Below are positions 48,801-61,868 of a stretch of DNA of 64,000 bases, one piece after another. Under the pieces are notes generated by a model. It had not been told where the DNA came from, searched no databases, and was given only the letters and a program-made list of their open reading frames with translations. Position numbers and translations under genes: made by a program. Each line of letters opens with the position of its first letter. The stretch's first letter is position 1. The stretch comes from Azolla caroliniana (lineage: Eukaryota > Plantae > Polypodiophyta): the NCBI GenBank assembly GCA_043228905.1, contig JBHGNT010000022.1:2604001-2668000 (forward strand), written 5' to 3'.

Positions 48801-51255
48801 CGATCTCATTTCAGTTAAGTGGACCGAATGGACGACTAAGTTGGTTTGACCAGTCTGAAGAAGAGCCGACGAGTAGTGCAGACTCGATCGTGCATTCCCC
48901 GCGCAGGAAGCCGAGAAGACGGTTTACACGCAAGGAAAAAGGGAAGAAGAAGATGCCGGAGTATGGCACGGATAAGGGCGAGTCAGATCGACGTAAATTA
49001 GACTCCGAGAAGAGCGATGACGGGCCTTCTAGAGCGAAGTCCGCGTCGGCCAAGAAATCCTCAACATCGGTTAATGAGCAATTACACCGATCTACCCGCA
49101 AGAAGAACCCTATTGCGCGGTTCGGATACAACGAGTACATGGTGCATCACTATGCGTACATGATCCGTGTAGTGGAAGTGTGTGAGCCGGAGAGCTACAC
49201 AAAAGCGGCGAAGGATGCGAATTGGCGTGCCGCAATGGAGGAAGAGATGTGCGCATTGGCGGAAAATGAAACCTAGGACTTGGTTGACGCACCGAAAGGT
49301 GTGAAGCCGATCGGATATAGGTGGGTGTACAAGGTCAAGTACAACACTGATGACTCGGTCAACCGATCGGATATAGGTGGGTGTACAAGGCCAAGTACAA
49401 CATTGATACAAGGCCCAGTTAGTAGCGAAAGGCTACGTGCAGAAGCACGGCGTGGACTACGACGAGACCTTCGCGCCTGTCGCGAAGATGACTACCGTGT
49501 GTGTTCTACTGGCAGTAGCTGTGGCGAAGGGGTGGCACTTACATCAGATGGATGTAAGGAATGCGTTCCTGCAAGGTGAGCTTGAGCAACAGGTGTACAT
49601 GGTATAGCCCCCCAGATTTCACTCCGGATTGAACACTTTGGCGGTTTGCCGGTTGAAGAAGTCCCTTTACGGACTAAAGCAAGCCCCGTGTGCTTAGAAC
49701 ATGAAAATCACGCAACGTTTGCGTCGGATGGGATTTGTGATGTCCAAATCGGACTCTTCACTATTCATTCGGCAAGGTCGACTCGGGCCGGTTAGTATTT
49801 CACTTTATGTTGATGACTTGGTCATCACCGGCGCTGACCTTGGTGAAATTGGCCGCGTAAAGCTCCAACTCTCGGCATCATTTGACATGAAGGACCTGGG
49901 GGACCTTCATTACTTCCTCGGGATCGAAGTGATCCGCACCCCCAAAGGCATACTGATTAGTCAACAACATTAGTGCTGAGTATGCTCTTCAAATTCGGAA
50001 TGGCCGACTATAAGTCCGTCTCGACTCCTCTAGATAGAACCGTCAAGCTTCGCCCTAATTTCGGAAAGGTATGCGACCCTACGAGGTTCCGATAGATAGT
50101 TGGAAGCCTCATATACTTTACCATCACCCGACCAGATCTCAGCTACCCGGTTGGGGTGATTAGTCAGTTCATGGCGCGACCTACCGAGGAGCATCTTCAG
50201 TGTGCGCAACGCGTACTACGGTACGTAAGCGACACTAAGGACCGGGGGCTACTATATCGGACTGGTACAACCCCGCAGTTGGTCGGCTACACCGATGCCA
50301 ACTAGGCCGACAACGTCGCCGATCGCGGATCCACGTCTGGTTTCACATTCTCTCTTGGGAGTGTCGTGATCGTGTAGAGTAGCAAGAAGCAACCGACAGT
50401 TGCGTTGTCGAGCACCGAAGCCGAGTAGGAGCGGCTGTCACGACATGTGAAGCCATATGGTTGAAGCGGCTACTTAAGGATCTCCAGGTGGAGGTATCCG
50501 ATCCAACAATAACCTACTGCGACGATCTCAGCAGCATCCAGCTAGCAAAGAACCCCGTCTTCCATGCCTGGACTAAGCACATTGAGGTGCATTACCATTT
50601 CGTCCGTGAGTGTGTCCTCTCCGGTGAAGTCGAACTTCAGTATGTTCCGACGGATCGGTAGACCGCCGACATCTTCACCAAGCCTCTTGGTCTGGACAAG
50701 TTGCGGCAATTCTCGGGTGCGCTTGGGTTGCATCACCTCGATGTGTAGAACTTGAGGGGGAGAGACGTCCCGAATGACCACGGAAGGAGGAGAGAAGTTC
50801 CAGAAGACCGCGACGCCGAGTCAGATGACGAATTCGATTTCGGATTGGCTGAAGAAGCGGAAGGCAGATCCGCGAAAGATTCCGAAAGCGGATATAAGGG
50901 GAGCAGTCGAAAGAAAGAGCTAAAGCCAACCAAGCGTGGGGGAGACGAAGCCATCAAGGGTGAGAATACCGAAGAAGAGTTGGAGACAACCAATTCGGAT
51001 GAAAACGAAAACCGATCGGAGGAAGCCGAGTCGGTTCAGATGTTTGATTCGGATATGCCGAATCAACTGAGGGCCAAGCGGAAGAGAAGGCAACAGAAGA
51101 AGCGCCAACACCGCGACAACAATGGAGCTGAGAAGGGCCGCATGAGTACGCAAGCCGACTGGAAGGGTCGAGGCACACAGAATCGAACAGGTTGAGGAGC
51201 ACAAGCAAGGCGTGAAGCTAGAAGGATGGAACCTCAAGTTGAGCTTGAGGAGGAG

Positions 51256-53994
51256 TGTTGAGATACAAGCTCAACATTGGTTGGATCAGCTGTGCAAGCC
51301 GAGAACCGGATCGGTTGGGATCGAACCGGAAAAGGGGGAGACAGACACACCCTAATACCCGGCAACAACAAACAGAGAAAGGAATGGACAGAGGTATGGC
51401 GAGTTCACTTCCAACAGAGAAGCTCGACCTGAGCAACTATGCGTCCTGGTCATATAAAATGCACCAGTACTTGTTGGGGCATGGTTATTGGAGCTACGTG
51501 GAAGGAACCATCGAGGTAGCACCGGAGTCGGCACACAAAGACTTCCCGTCATGGGAGCAAGGAGTGAGCCGAGTATTGTACTGCCTCGCATCTGGTGTGC
51601 ACGATCAGATACTCGGCTACATCAAGCATGCTAAGACGATGAAACAGGCCTGGGAGAATCTAAAGAAGATTTTCGCAGCAAGTACCTCTACCCAGAAGCT
51701 TCAGCTTCGGTAGGAACTGAACAATATCCGAGAAAGGGATATGTCGGTTACAGACTACACCACCAAGATAAAGGCGATTTGTCCAATGCTTGGTTGGCTC
51801 CGGCTCTTCCTTCCAGCTGCTCCCCTTATGTCCGCTTTCGGACTCTTCCGCGGATCCGCCCTCGGCTTCTTCAGTCGATCCGAAGTCGAATTCGTCATCC
51901 GACTCGGCGTCGCGGTCTTCTCTCCCCTTTCCGTGTTCATTCGGGACATCTCTCCCCCTCAAGTTCGACACGTCGAGGTGACGCAACCCAAGCGCACTCA
52001 AGAATTGCCGCAACTTACCCAGCCCAAGAGGCTTGGTGAAGATGTCGGCGGTTTGCCGATCCATCGGAACATACTGAAGTTCGACTTCACCAGACAGGAC
52101 ACACTCATGGACAAAATGGTAGTGCACCTCAATGTGCTTGGTCCGTGCGTGGAAAACGGGGTTCTTCGCGAGTTGGATGTTGCGGAGGTTGTCGCAGTAG
52201 ATAGTCGTTGGATCGGACAACTCTGCTTGTAGATCCTTAAGTAGCCGCTTCAACCATATGGCTTCGCATGTCGCGACAGCCGCTGCTCGGTACTCAGCTT
52301 CGGTGCTCGACAGTGCAACTGTTAGCTACTTCTTGCTACTCCACACTACCGCGGCACTCCCAAGAGAAAACGCGTATCCGGAGGTGGATCGGCGATCGGC
52401 GGCGTTGCCAACCCAATCAACATCGGTGTAGCCGACCAACTACGAGGCTGTATCGGTCTAATATAGCAGTCCCCGGTCCTTAGTGCTGCTTACGTACCGT
52501 AGTAAGCGTTGCGCACACTGAAGATGCTCCTCGGTAGGCCACGCTATGAACTGACTGATCACCCCTACCGGATAACTAAGATCACGCTAGAGGAGTCGAG
52601 ACGGACTTACAGTCAGCCATCCCGAATTTAAGAGCATATTCAGCGCGTAATGACGTTGGCTGATCAGTATGCCTTCAGGGGTGCGGATCACTTCGATCCC
52701 GAGGAAGTAATGAAGGTCCCCTAGATCCTTCATGTCGAATGATGCCGCAAGTTGGAGCTTTACGCAGTCGATTTCACCTAGGTCGGCGCCGGTGATGACC
52801 AAGTCATCAACATATAGTAAAATACTAACCGGCCCGAGTCGACCTTTCCGGATGAACAGGGAAGAGTCCGATTTTGACGTTGCAAAGCCCAGCCGACGCA
52901 GTTGCTGCGTGATCTTCACATTCCAAGCACGCGGGGTTTGCTTCAGTCTGTAAAGGGACTTCTTCAATCGGCACACTGCCGACGTGTTCGTTCCGGAGTG
53001 AAATCCAGGGGGCTGGACCATGTACACCTGTTCCTCAAGGTCACCTTGCAGGAACGCATTCTTTACATCCATTTGATGTAGGTGCCACCCCTTTGCCGTA
53101 GCTACCGCGAGCAAAACATGGACGGTCGTCATCTTCGCAACCGGCGCAAACGTCTCATCGTAGTCGATGCCGTGTTTCTGCGTGTAGCCTTTTGCCACTA
53201 ACCAGGCCTTGTATCGGTTGACCAAGCCATCGGTGTTGTACTTGACCTTGTACACCCACCTACATCCGATCGGCTTCACACCCTTCGGTGCGTCAACCAG
53301 ATCCCAGGTCTCGTTTTCCGCTAGTGCGTGCATCTCTTCCTCCATCGCGGCGCGCCAATTCGCGTCCTTAGCCGCTTATGCGTAGCTCTCTGGATCACGC
53401 ACTTCTGCTACACGGGTCATGTACGCATAGTGATGCGCCATGTACTCGTAGTATCCGAACCGCACAACTGGGTTCAGAAGCCGGAGCGAAGATCTGTAGG
53501 AGCACGCGGAACCTCAAGTTGAGCTTGAGGGGGAGTGTTGAGAGACAAGCTCAACATTGGGTGCGTAAAACCATACGCACAACATGGTTGTAAGGGTGCA
53601 TAAATCGAGAGGCCGTTAGAACGTTATTCCTCGTAAGGAATCATTTTGGGAGTAACTGTAGGATGCTCATTCATGAGCAGTCAAGTACTGTCAGTACTTG
53701 TGTCAGCCCAATAGTCAGGGCTTGTATAAAAGGTGCTCACTGAGCACGAAGTATGTACAGAAAATTATTGCTTGAATACAATTAGTGTTTCTGCTCTCTC
53801 TCTCTCTGTCTCTCCCTCTCCTTCTCTATGTTTCTACGTTTTACCGAACTGTCATACTTCCGAACTGTGTACTCTGTGTTTTCGCATACGCTTCCGCACA
53901 CGTATTCTTCTACACTCCCTTCATAAGGTCACTACGCTTTTACAATCGAACATTGAGAATTAGATCAAGGTAGCTACTTAATAAATTATTCACA
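51256..53994 (+). mobile_element. Copia family B copy B3, rearranged: LTR stub, gag 5' part (+), inverted RT-RH (51783-53475, -), PPT, 3' LTR 53536-53994
   Basis: Gag MASSLPTEKLD..KAIC breaks at 51782. Minus-strand ORFs 52587-53345 and 51660-52253 are homologous to 49100-50940. PPT TTGAGGGGGAG at 53525-53535. Confidence 0.85.
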
Positions 53995-55579
53995 TTTCTA
54001 TATGATCAAAATCTTCCGTATATTCATCCATCATCCACTTTGGTGCGTGTCTTCATTTGTCTAATTTTCATTTCCTCAAGTCAATCAAAACATCATGGTT
54101 CTGACTCTTTATTGAGAAAAGGTGGACATGTCAAACTGATGGGTCTGTAAACCTACTCTAGGTTTATAGGAAATCCACCTTGGGAGTTCCTTACAGTGAA
54201 ACTACTTTACTTGATGAAGCACCTGATGTCTCTAATGAGTTTTTGTTGTTTTTTTATTGTTTAATTATACCACAAGTTGGAGATAATACTCGTCCAACTC
54301 AGAGAAACTCATGTTTGTACACCAAGAAACTATGGCGATGTCATTTTTGCACTAAGGTCTAGTGTAATGCATTGCCTCTCTTCTTTACTTGTGTTTTGTA
54401 GCATACTTCTTCTACTTAAGAGTTTCTCACAACTTCCAAATCTTTAAATGTTTGACCCTTAGTTCACTAAGACCAAATCTACAAGCTCAACTTAGATTCA
54501 AAACCTGAGTAGAATATCATGAATGAAGGTTTAAAAGAACTAGCAGAACAAAAAGCATATAAGCAGTACACGATAGAAATGGTGGCAAGGCTATTACATA
54601 ATGATACTATAGTTATGCATGGAGATTATAAACAAGTACTTTCATCGTACCACAACAAGCCATCCCTTCTAGGACCTAGATTTCATTCTTTTATAACTTG
54701 GGTTGAAGGTTCACACTATGCTTACAACTTGATCTTTCCATTCCACACAATATAAAATTATTTCAACACAAGAACCCCATTAATGCTCAATGAACCAACC
54801 CCATGATGAGACAGATCAAGCAAACTCTTTAAATCTTGTTGCCATGTAGGTTTGATGAGAATGGACTCATGAGAGAGAGAGAAATATATGGTGACAATCA
54901 AGCGATATAGATGAGGTGGTTGTGCCAACTCTTCAACAATAGCCAAGATGGTTCTGCCACCTATTTGTAAAGCATGCACGCTCGCGTAGTTCGGTAGATA
55001 AACACTAATGAGTTATGTCGGCATGGAGAAGTGATAGATATGTAGATTGATAGATAGGTATATGGTGTTAGCAAAGAAAGATAATGGGAAGTAGTTTGGA
55101 AGAAGAGAGATATATATATATAATATCAATATGTAGACATGGATATGGTGTAACTAAAGATGAGTTTGGAAGTGAAAGCTTTATATACATGATACATACA
55201 TACATACATATATGAGTGAATGAATGAGAAGGAAGTAACTAGAGGAAATAAAACAACATGCAAAAAAAGGAAAACAAAAATTAACTCCTCCTCCCCTTCT
55301 TCTTCTTCTTTCATGCTATCTTTCTTTCTATCCCTGTCTTTGCCATTCTTTCTTCTTCTTCTTCTTCTTCTTCTTCCTCTTACTACTATTACTATTATTA
55401 CTACTACTATTACTGCCTGCCTTCCTTCATCCTCTTAATACATGTTCCACAACCTTCGGTCAATCAAAGTAATTTGTTTTTTTAACTACTACTATTCATC
55501 ATGCATCATCACTTCTCTCATTTTCTATTTTTAAAGCTCCCCTGTTTTTCAGCTTCTGTTTCTTATGCTAATCTTCATG

Positions 55580-55803
55580 TATATATATATATATATATAT
55601 ACATCTAATTATATCACACACAATTCTTCTTCACATTTTCTTTAATCTATGAAGAAACTAAGAAAACAAAACCTTAACAGAAAATTCATGATTATATATA
55701 TATATATATATACATCTAATTATATCACACACAATTCTTCTTCACATTTTCTTTAATCTATGAAGAAACTAAGCAAACAAAACCTTAACAGAAAAATCAT
55801 GAT

Positions 55804-55829
<26 letters not shown>
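55580..55829. repeat. ~110-bp tandem duplication bounded by (TA)n tracts
   Basis: catctaattatatcacacacaattcttc...cagaaaa(t/a)tcatgat occurs twice, with (TA)n before, between and after. Confidence 0.9.
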
Positions 55830-55834
<5 letters not shown>

Positions 55835-58800
55835 ATGATTCTCTAGATAAGCTTGTGCTCTGTTTCCCATTCAATATCCTTCTGTTGTCATGTCAAATCT
55901 CTTATTACTAATTATGCTTAGTTATAGTCTCCTGAATACACACACATTTATGTATATATTTGCACTTGTTACATCTATCTGACTTCTAGTGTTGGGACTC
56001 TGTTTGATCACTACATGTGTTTGCATATCATGCAAAGAATCTGAAATAATGCTTACCATATTCAATTTGCATACACACATGCATATATATACATATCTGC
56101 ATACAGATTTATTTATATATACTCGTGTTCATATTCATGTACCTACCATATACACACATCTCATGTACACGTATTATCACACTTGTACCTATATATACTC
56201 GTGCACATTAATGTATATGCATTATATGCAGAACGAGCCATTCCATTGATCACGAATATTCAGATCATTTTGCATTTTCTGACTAAATTGTTTTGATGGG
56301 TTTACAAAATCATGCAGGGAATCTGAGGTTATATGTAATGCAAAAAAGCCCAGCCGAGATTTAAACGGTCAAATTTTGATGATGTTCAGCCCAAATTGGT
56401 TCTAGAGTAGCAAAAGGTACGTGCACATAAACTGCGACTAACTTTAACAGGAAAGGTTTTTGTTGGCTCGTTGGAATTGTTTTTCTGTTTTTTGGTGGTG
56501 GTTGTTTGACATGAAGTTAAATCAGATCCAGATTGAGGTGAGGAAGCTCCATAAGTTAGTAACAGATTAGCACGAGTGAACCTCTATGCATGAATATATA
56601 TATGTATATTTATATATACATATACGCATATGTACACATATACATATACGTATATGTACACACACACATTTTATATCCACATATATATATGTGGATATAT
56701 GGGGTATATATGCGTTTATTTGCTGTTTATGTGTGTGCATATATACATACAAATTACATACACATATATATCCATCTGTGGATATGTATGTATATATGTC
56801 TGTTTTTGTGTGTAAGTATGTATGTATGCTTGCGATCTTTCGTTTGTGTGAATAAGTTTGTTTGTGATCCATGCAAGAAATTCAAACAATTTGCAATTTA
56901 CTGGTGCAAACCTTCAGAAAGCATTCATCTATCCATATTGATTAGAAAATAGGGAAGTATTAATCCATATTGATGAAGTCGTGTTAAGTATTGGTTGAAG
57001 TCTGATGAACCAACTTGTTAGCCTTTGATTTATTTGAACTCTTGATCATAACCAAAACACAACACTGTTAAATGTATCGGTACTATGGATGTACAATTCG
57101 ACAGTTTTCAGTACTATGCATTTGAGAATGTGCTGCCATGGCACTATGAAGTCTTTGGCCTTCAAGAAATGATCTCTTTGATGCATCAAGAAAGAAATAT
57201 TGCTTTGATGCCTAAACTCCATCACTTCACTTTCTGCTAACATGGAGGCGGAAGTGTGTGGAAGGGAGGAATATGGGAATCAACATGAAACAAGTTGGAA
57301 GGTTTTGGAAAACAGGCCTGTTACTAACTTCCCTAAAGTAATGTCCGTGCGCTTGTACATCTGTCCACATGTGTACTTTTGCTTGAGACCAATAGTGTAT
57401 CTTTATCAAGATCTTGGGCATGGAAAGAGTAATTGAATGTGTGCAATGGTAATAACTTCTGGAGAACAAAATTTTAAAAAATAAAGGAAAGATCTTGCCC
57501 ACGGACTAGGTTACTTCACATTTCTGAGTGGTTTGAGAACTGAGATAGACATCACCTCACCTCCTCCAACATGCATTAAAGGACCTCACCACCAAATCCT
57601 TACCACAATGACAGTGCATTACAATCTCCCTTGGCATTCATCGTAGTGATACCAACATCAGTCATCCACACCTTAGCGCCGATCCATTTTACCATTTCAC
57701 TCACATTAATTCTAAATAGACCAATGGGGAAGGGGCAATTGGAATTATCCCTCTCTCCGTTTATGTATGGCTCGTCCAACTCTTCATGAAATCTTACTTT
57801 GGACACTCCCTCATTCCAAGACTAATCTGTCCTTATCACAATGGATACCTTCATAATGAGAGTTCTGACTTTATTTCCGAATGGTTCGAGTCCTTATTTG
57901 GATGTGGACGCTTTTGAAAGTATGTCCTCAGATATTTGGAGTATTTAGGAGATAGTGTACTCTGACGTGTTTGTTTTTCTATAAATGTCCTGCAAAATTC
58001 AGTTAACAATGCATATTTTGAAGATATCTATTATAAGTAACAAGTCATATGTATGGCGTTGTATTACAACTGAAATATAGAATTTGGCAAATATGCACAT
58101 AAGCATAATGTTAGTACGGAGTTACCGGCTTTAATGGTTGGACCACACAAGCTCCAATTAAAATTTAGAATGGACCACAGGTATGGCGCTAGGATATATC
58201 CTGGTTTATCTGGACTTTTATTACTAAAACAATAGACACATGAACTTTCCCAGAAATTTTAGGAGACTTTTACTGCAATGAAATTCTGCCCACTTCTCGA
58301 TGTTCCTTTTCTTGCAGAAACGGAAGTCAAATTAAGTAAAAACATTTTTCAAATTTCAAAATGACTATGTTCTAGTAGTACAGGAAATTGGTTTGGCCTT
58401 TTTCGGTGCTACAGAATTCAACAGCTACTGATTCCATACAATATTGAATGTGCTTGGCTGAGAGAGAGCAAGATAGTTACTATCCTGTGGAGATGAATTG
58501 TACCACAAGCAATGAACCACTAGGGTTCATGTCACATGATGAGAAATATTTATTTCTTCAGTGTGCAAATTGACCATGGTTTATGCTTGGAATGATAATC
58601 TTAAGAACAAGGTTAAGAGGCTGATTCATGCCCTTATGACTAACACCAAATTCCAATGTTGCAAATTCTAAACCATACCACCTCAATCCAAGTACTCAAA
58701 AACATCTAGACAAACAACTCAGCATAAATAGTCACACCCCGCTAAACTTTTGATGCAAAATAGTAGAGGGCACTGTCACAGCTTGATTTGAAGCATACAG

Positions 58801-59067
58801 TTGGGAAGAACCTGACCCATGTTGTCAAACACAAATATCCATCTGAAGCATACAGTTGGAAAACATATCGATGGAAAAATTACCCTTTCTAACAATTGCA
58901 AAAAGCACAATGAACTTAAATGTAGTGTTTGCTTTTGGCCTGCTTAATATCAAACAGAAAGAATAGGGACTGATTCTGCTACAATAAAATAAATAGCAGG
59001 GATTTTCTTCAGACTAGTTGTAAGATGAATCATAAAAATTATTTAGCACTAGTTAAATGCTTTGTGG

Positions 59068-59640
59068 CACCTAACAGTCTTTATGACAAAAGAGCATGCA
59101 TGACTGGGATTGTGGTAATTATGGCAAGGTGTTTGGATATTTCCTATTCAAACTACGTCCTTTCTGGGAAAAAGCATGATTCAAGCAATGTTTATGTATA
59201 ACATAGTTCATCTTGATGGCATATGATCCAAGCCTGAATGGATATGATAGCTCCATGTATGTGTGCCTTTTTATATACCATATAAATACATGTATGTGTT
59301 AATACATGTATTTAAATAGCTCCATGTATGTGTGCCTTTTTATATACCATATAAATACATGTATGTGTGACACCTAACAGTCTTTATCATAGGTTTAATC
59401 TCTATAGATAAAACAACTTTAAATAGCAAAAGAGCGGGCCTGGCTGGTATCATGCCAGATATGGCAAGGTATTTGGATACTTCCTATTCAAATTGCGCCC
59501 CTTCATAGAAATATGAGTTGGACTATGTTCATCTCGAGCACAGCTCATCTTGAGAGGATATTATCCAAATCCGAAATGATATGATAGCTCCATGTGTGAG
59601 TCCTTTTCTATATACCATAGAAATATAGATATGTATGACT
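59068..59640. repeat. Diverged ~250-300-bp duplication with an internal near-perfect ~53-bp repeat
   Basis: cacctaacagtctttat at 59068 and 59371; atggcaaggt.tttggata.ttcctattcaaa twice; atagctccatgtatgtgtgcc... at 59247 and 59316. Confidence 0.75.
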
Positions 59641-59773
59641 GATTTAATGCAAAATTACAATATGACATAAAATAGCACTATGTGAACAGGGTAAACCAGT
59701 TAGAGCAAGGAAACCATTTCAAACTTTGAGTTCCTTTTGACAGGGTTCAAGTGATGCTTCCGGAACATTCAGG

Positions 59774-61868
59774 ATGGCAGGAAGCTCTCATGATGCATCA
59801 AGCTGCAGTACTACTGGAAGTGAACTTGGTATATACGTAAAATTTTTGAATCAACATAATGTAATATTGGCATACTGTATTACCTCCGCTAAATTTTTCA
59901 CTACCCACCAAATCAATAGTGTATCTTAATCAAAGTCAGCAATCTATATATTACTGACTTTTACACACCACTGAGTTTGATGGGTACTGATGAAGCAGCA
60001 TTAAAAGTATGCATGATTCATGAAAAGGAAAAACACGAAGCACCTATTCAAGTGAACATCGCAAAATATACAAAATTGACCAGAATACCCTTCTGTAGTA
60101 CCAAATTTCCTACTACATAGGGCCATATGGATCATTTTCTTTTAAAAACTTAGGGCTGTTGTAATACATATCTTATTACTTAAGAGGTGTTTTGGTATGT
60201 TGGCCTTATGCATGGGAACTTTCAAATGCAAATAAAAGTTTTCTCACAATTTACAGATGGAAGGAAAAGACCCAACCCAAATGATAAGGCAGCGTCGTCT
60301 AATTGTAAACCTTATGAATGCCGTTTTTGCCCGATGAAATTCGCTAAATCTCAAGCACTCGGGGGCCATATGAACAGACACAGGCAAGGCAAGTTGTTTG
60401 TTTCCATCTTACAAAATCTGCATGCATTGTTAACTTTGCAGAGTAGTTAGTTATGTATTGATTCGAAAGATTTGTACATAAAGTTCATTGTCCATAACCT
60501 ATAAATTGCATTATCCACATGCCTTCACAAGTGCATTTGTGGGGAAAGATGGAAAGAATACAAGTCGTGAAGAAATGTTTTGCATCACTTTGCATATATA
60601 ATACATAGTGCAGATTTGCATAATCTGTATCTTAATAAATGAAGTGTCCATCAATCTTCTCCATGGTGTTGCCCATTATCTTAAATAAGTGCATCATTGT
60701 GCATTATCTTAACACAAGTGTATAATTTATTCTCCACATCTTAACAAGTGCACATTCTACGCAGAGAGAGAACGAGAGCAAGTCATGAATGCTCGCAAAT
60801 TGCTTATGCAACAAGACCTCTCATGCATCATGTAAGTGAATCCCTTTCATATTTTCACTGAGACTAATCATTTCATTGTTTAGTAACACAGTAAAAAAGA
60901 GGTCACAAAATTTTCAACCGTATCGTTCATCCCTATAGTTCCTATTTCCTCATTCTGCATTCTCCTTTTCAAGGATGCCAGGGCAAAATAATGCACAGTT
61001 ACAAAGATCTTCGAGTGAAGGTTCGTTAAAGGATGTCCAGGGAATGGGAATGGCAATACCTGAACCTTCTTCTTTTAGAGGAGGCCTACAATCCAATGCC
61101 TCATATAATGCCCCATTAGTTCCTCCAATGTGTAACTGGAACCTTGCTACCATTCTGGAGCACCCTCAACATAGTGTGGCTAATCCTACAATAGATGGGA
61201 TCATGCCGCCATTTCAACCCCATCGGCATATGTATGCATCACCACCTTTGCATGATGCATCGCCATACATGATGATGCATCCTCAAATTGCATCCACATC
61301 ATCATCACATGATATGGTGAATGTCAATACTCCATTCACCTCGGACAACAAATCTATGGCCGGATCGTCAGCATATAACAACAATAACAACATCGTCAAC
61401 CACCACAATCTAGAAGAAGATGTCGGTGTTTTAGCTTGTAATGAAGAATGCCCAAATCTAATACAATCATCGTCGTCGTCATCGAGCAAATTTCTTCTTA
61501 CGCATCATGGAGTAGGAATTAACGTGAAAAGGACACCACATAATGATTTGTCACCACAATCTATGATTGAAGATTTGAACTCCGTTCCTCCTGCCAGCAT
61601 TAACAACAGTAACAATAACAGCAGCAACAACAACAATTCGGATTTGTTCTATACATACTCTGTTCCAAGGGAAATTAGCATGCCCAATACATCCTTGGAT
61701 TTCAATATAGGCTTAACAAGTCATGATCAAATGGATGGGTTGTGGTTACTAGGTGGTAATACAAAAACCACCCCTGATTGCCCGTGCCCATCTAATGATG
61801 ATGAAGATTGTTTACAATTTGGTGTTGATTATCCACCCAATGAGAATATAGAAGAACAGAGTCCATAG
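59774..61868 (+). CDS. JAG-like: JAGGED/NUBBIN-like single C2H2 (QALGGH) zinc-finger transcription factor, ~382 aa; exons 59774-59828, 60257-60388, 60765-60831, 60974-61868
   Basis: The spliced frame is continuous (1149 nt). It reads YECRFCPMKFAKSQALGGHMNRHRQ-EREREQVMNARKLL, matching the JAG zinc finger and following helix. Intron phases 1, 1, 2. DLNSVP EAR-type motif. The start codon is uncertain because the frame stays open to the acceptor at 59743. Confidence 0.85.

Larger units (their letters stand above)
34861..51330 (+). mobile_element. Copia family B copy B2, decayed; host of G2
   Basis: 5' LTR 34861-35205 with PBS and leader deleted after TGGT. Gag 35206-36139; PR-INT-RT-RH 47490-~50760; extension to 51195; PPT 51245-51255; truncated LTR from 51256. 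May be chimeric, since the two LTR starts differ. Confidence 0.82.

Noticed and set aside
34861-53994. One element bounded by the LTRs at 34861 and 53536
   Set aside because: Flanks AAGGA and TTTCT do not match, the LTRs are diverged, and gag and RT are each present twice.
55989-56952. His/Tyr/Ile-rich ORFs
   Set aside because: Translations of degenerate (TA)/(CA)/(TG) low-complexity DNA.
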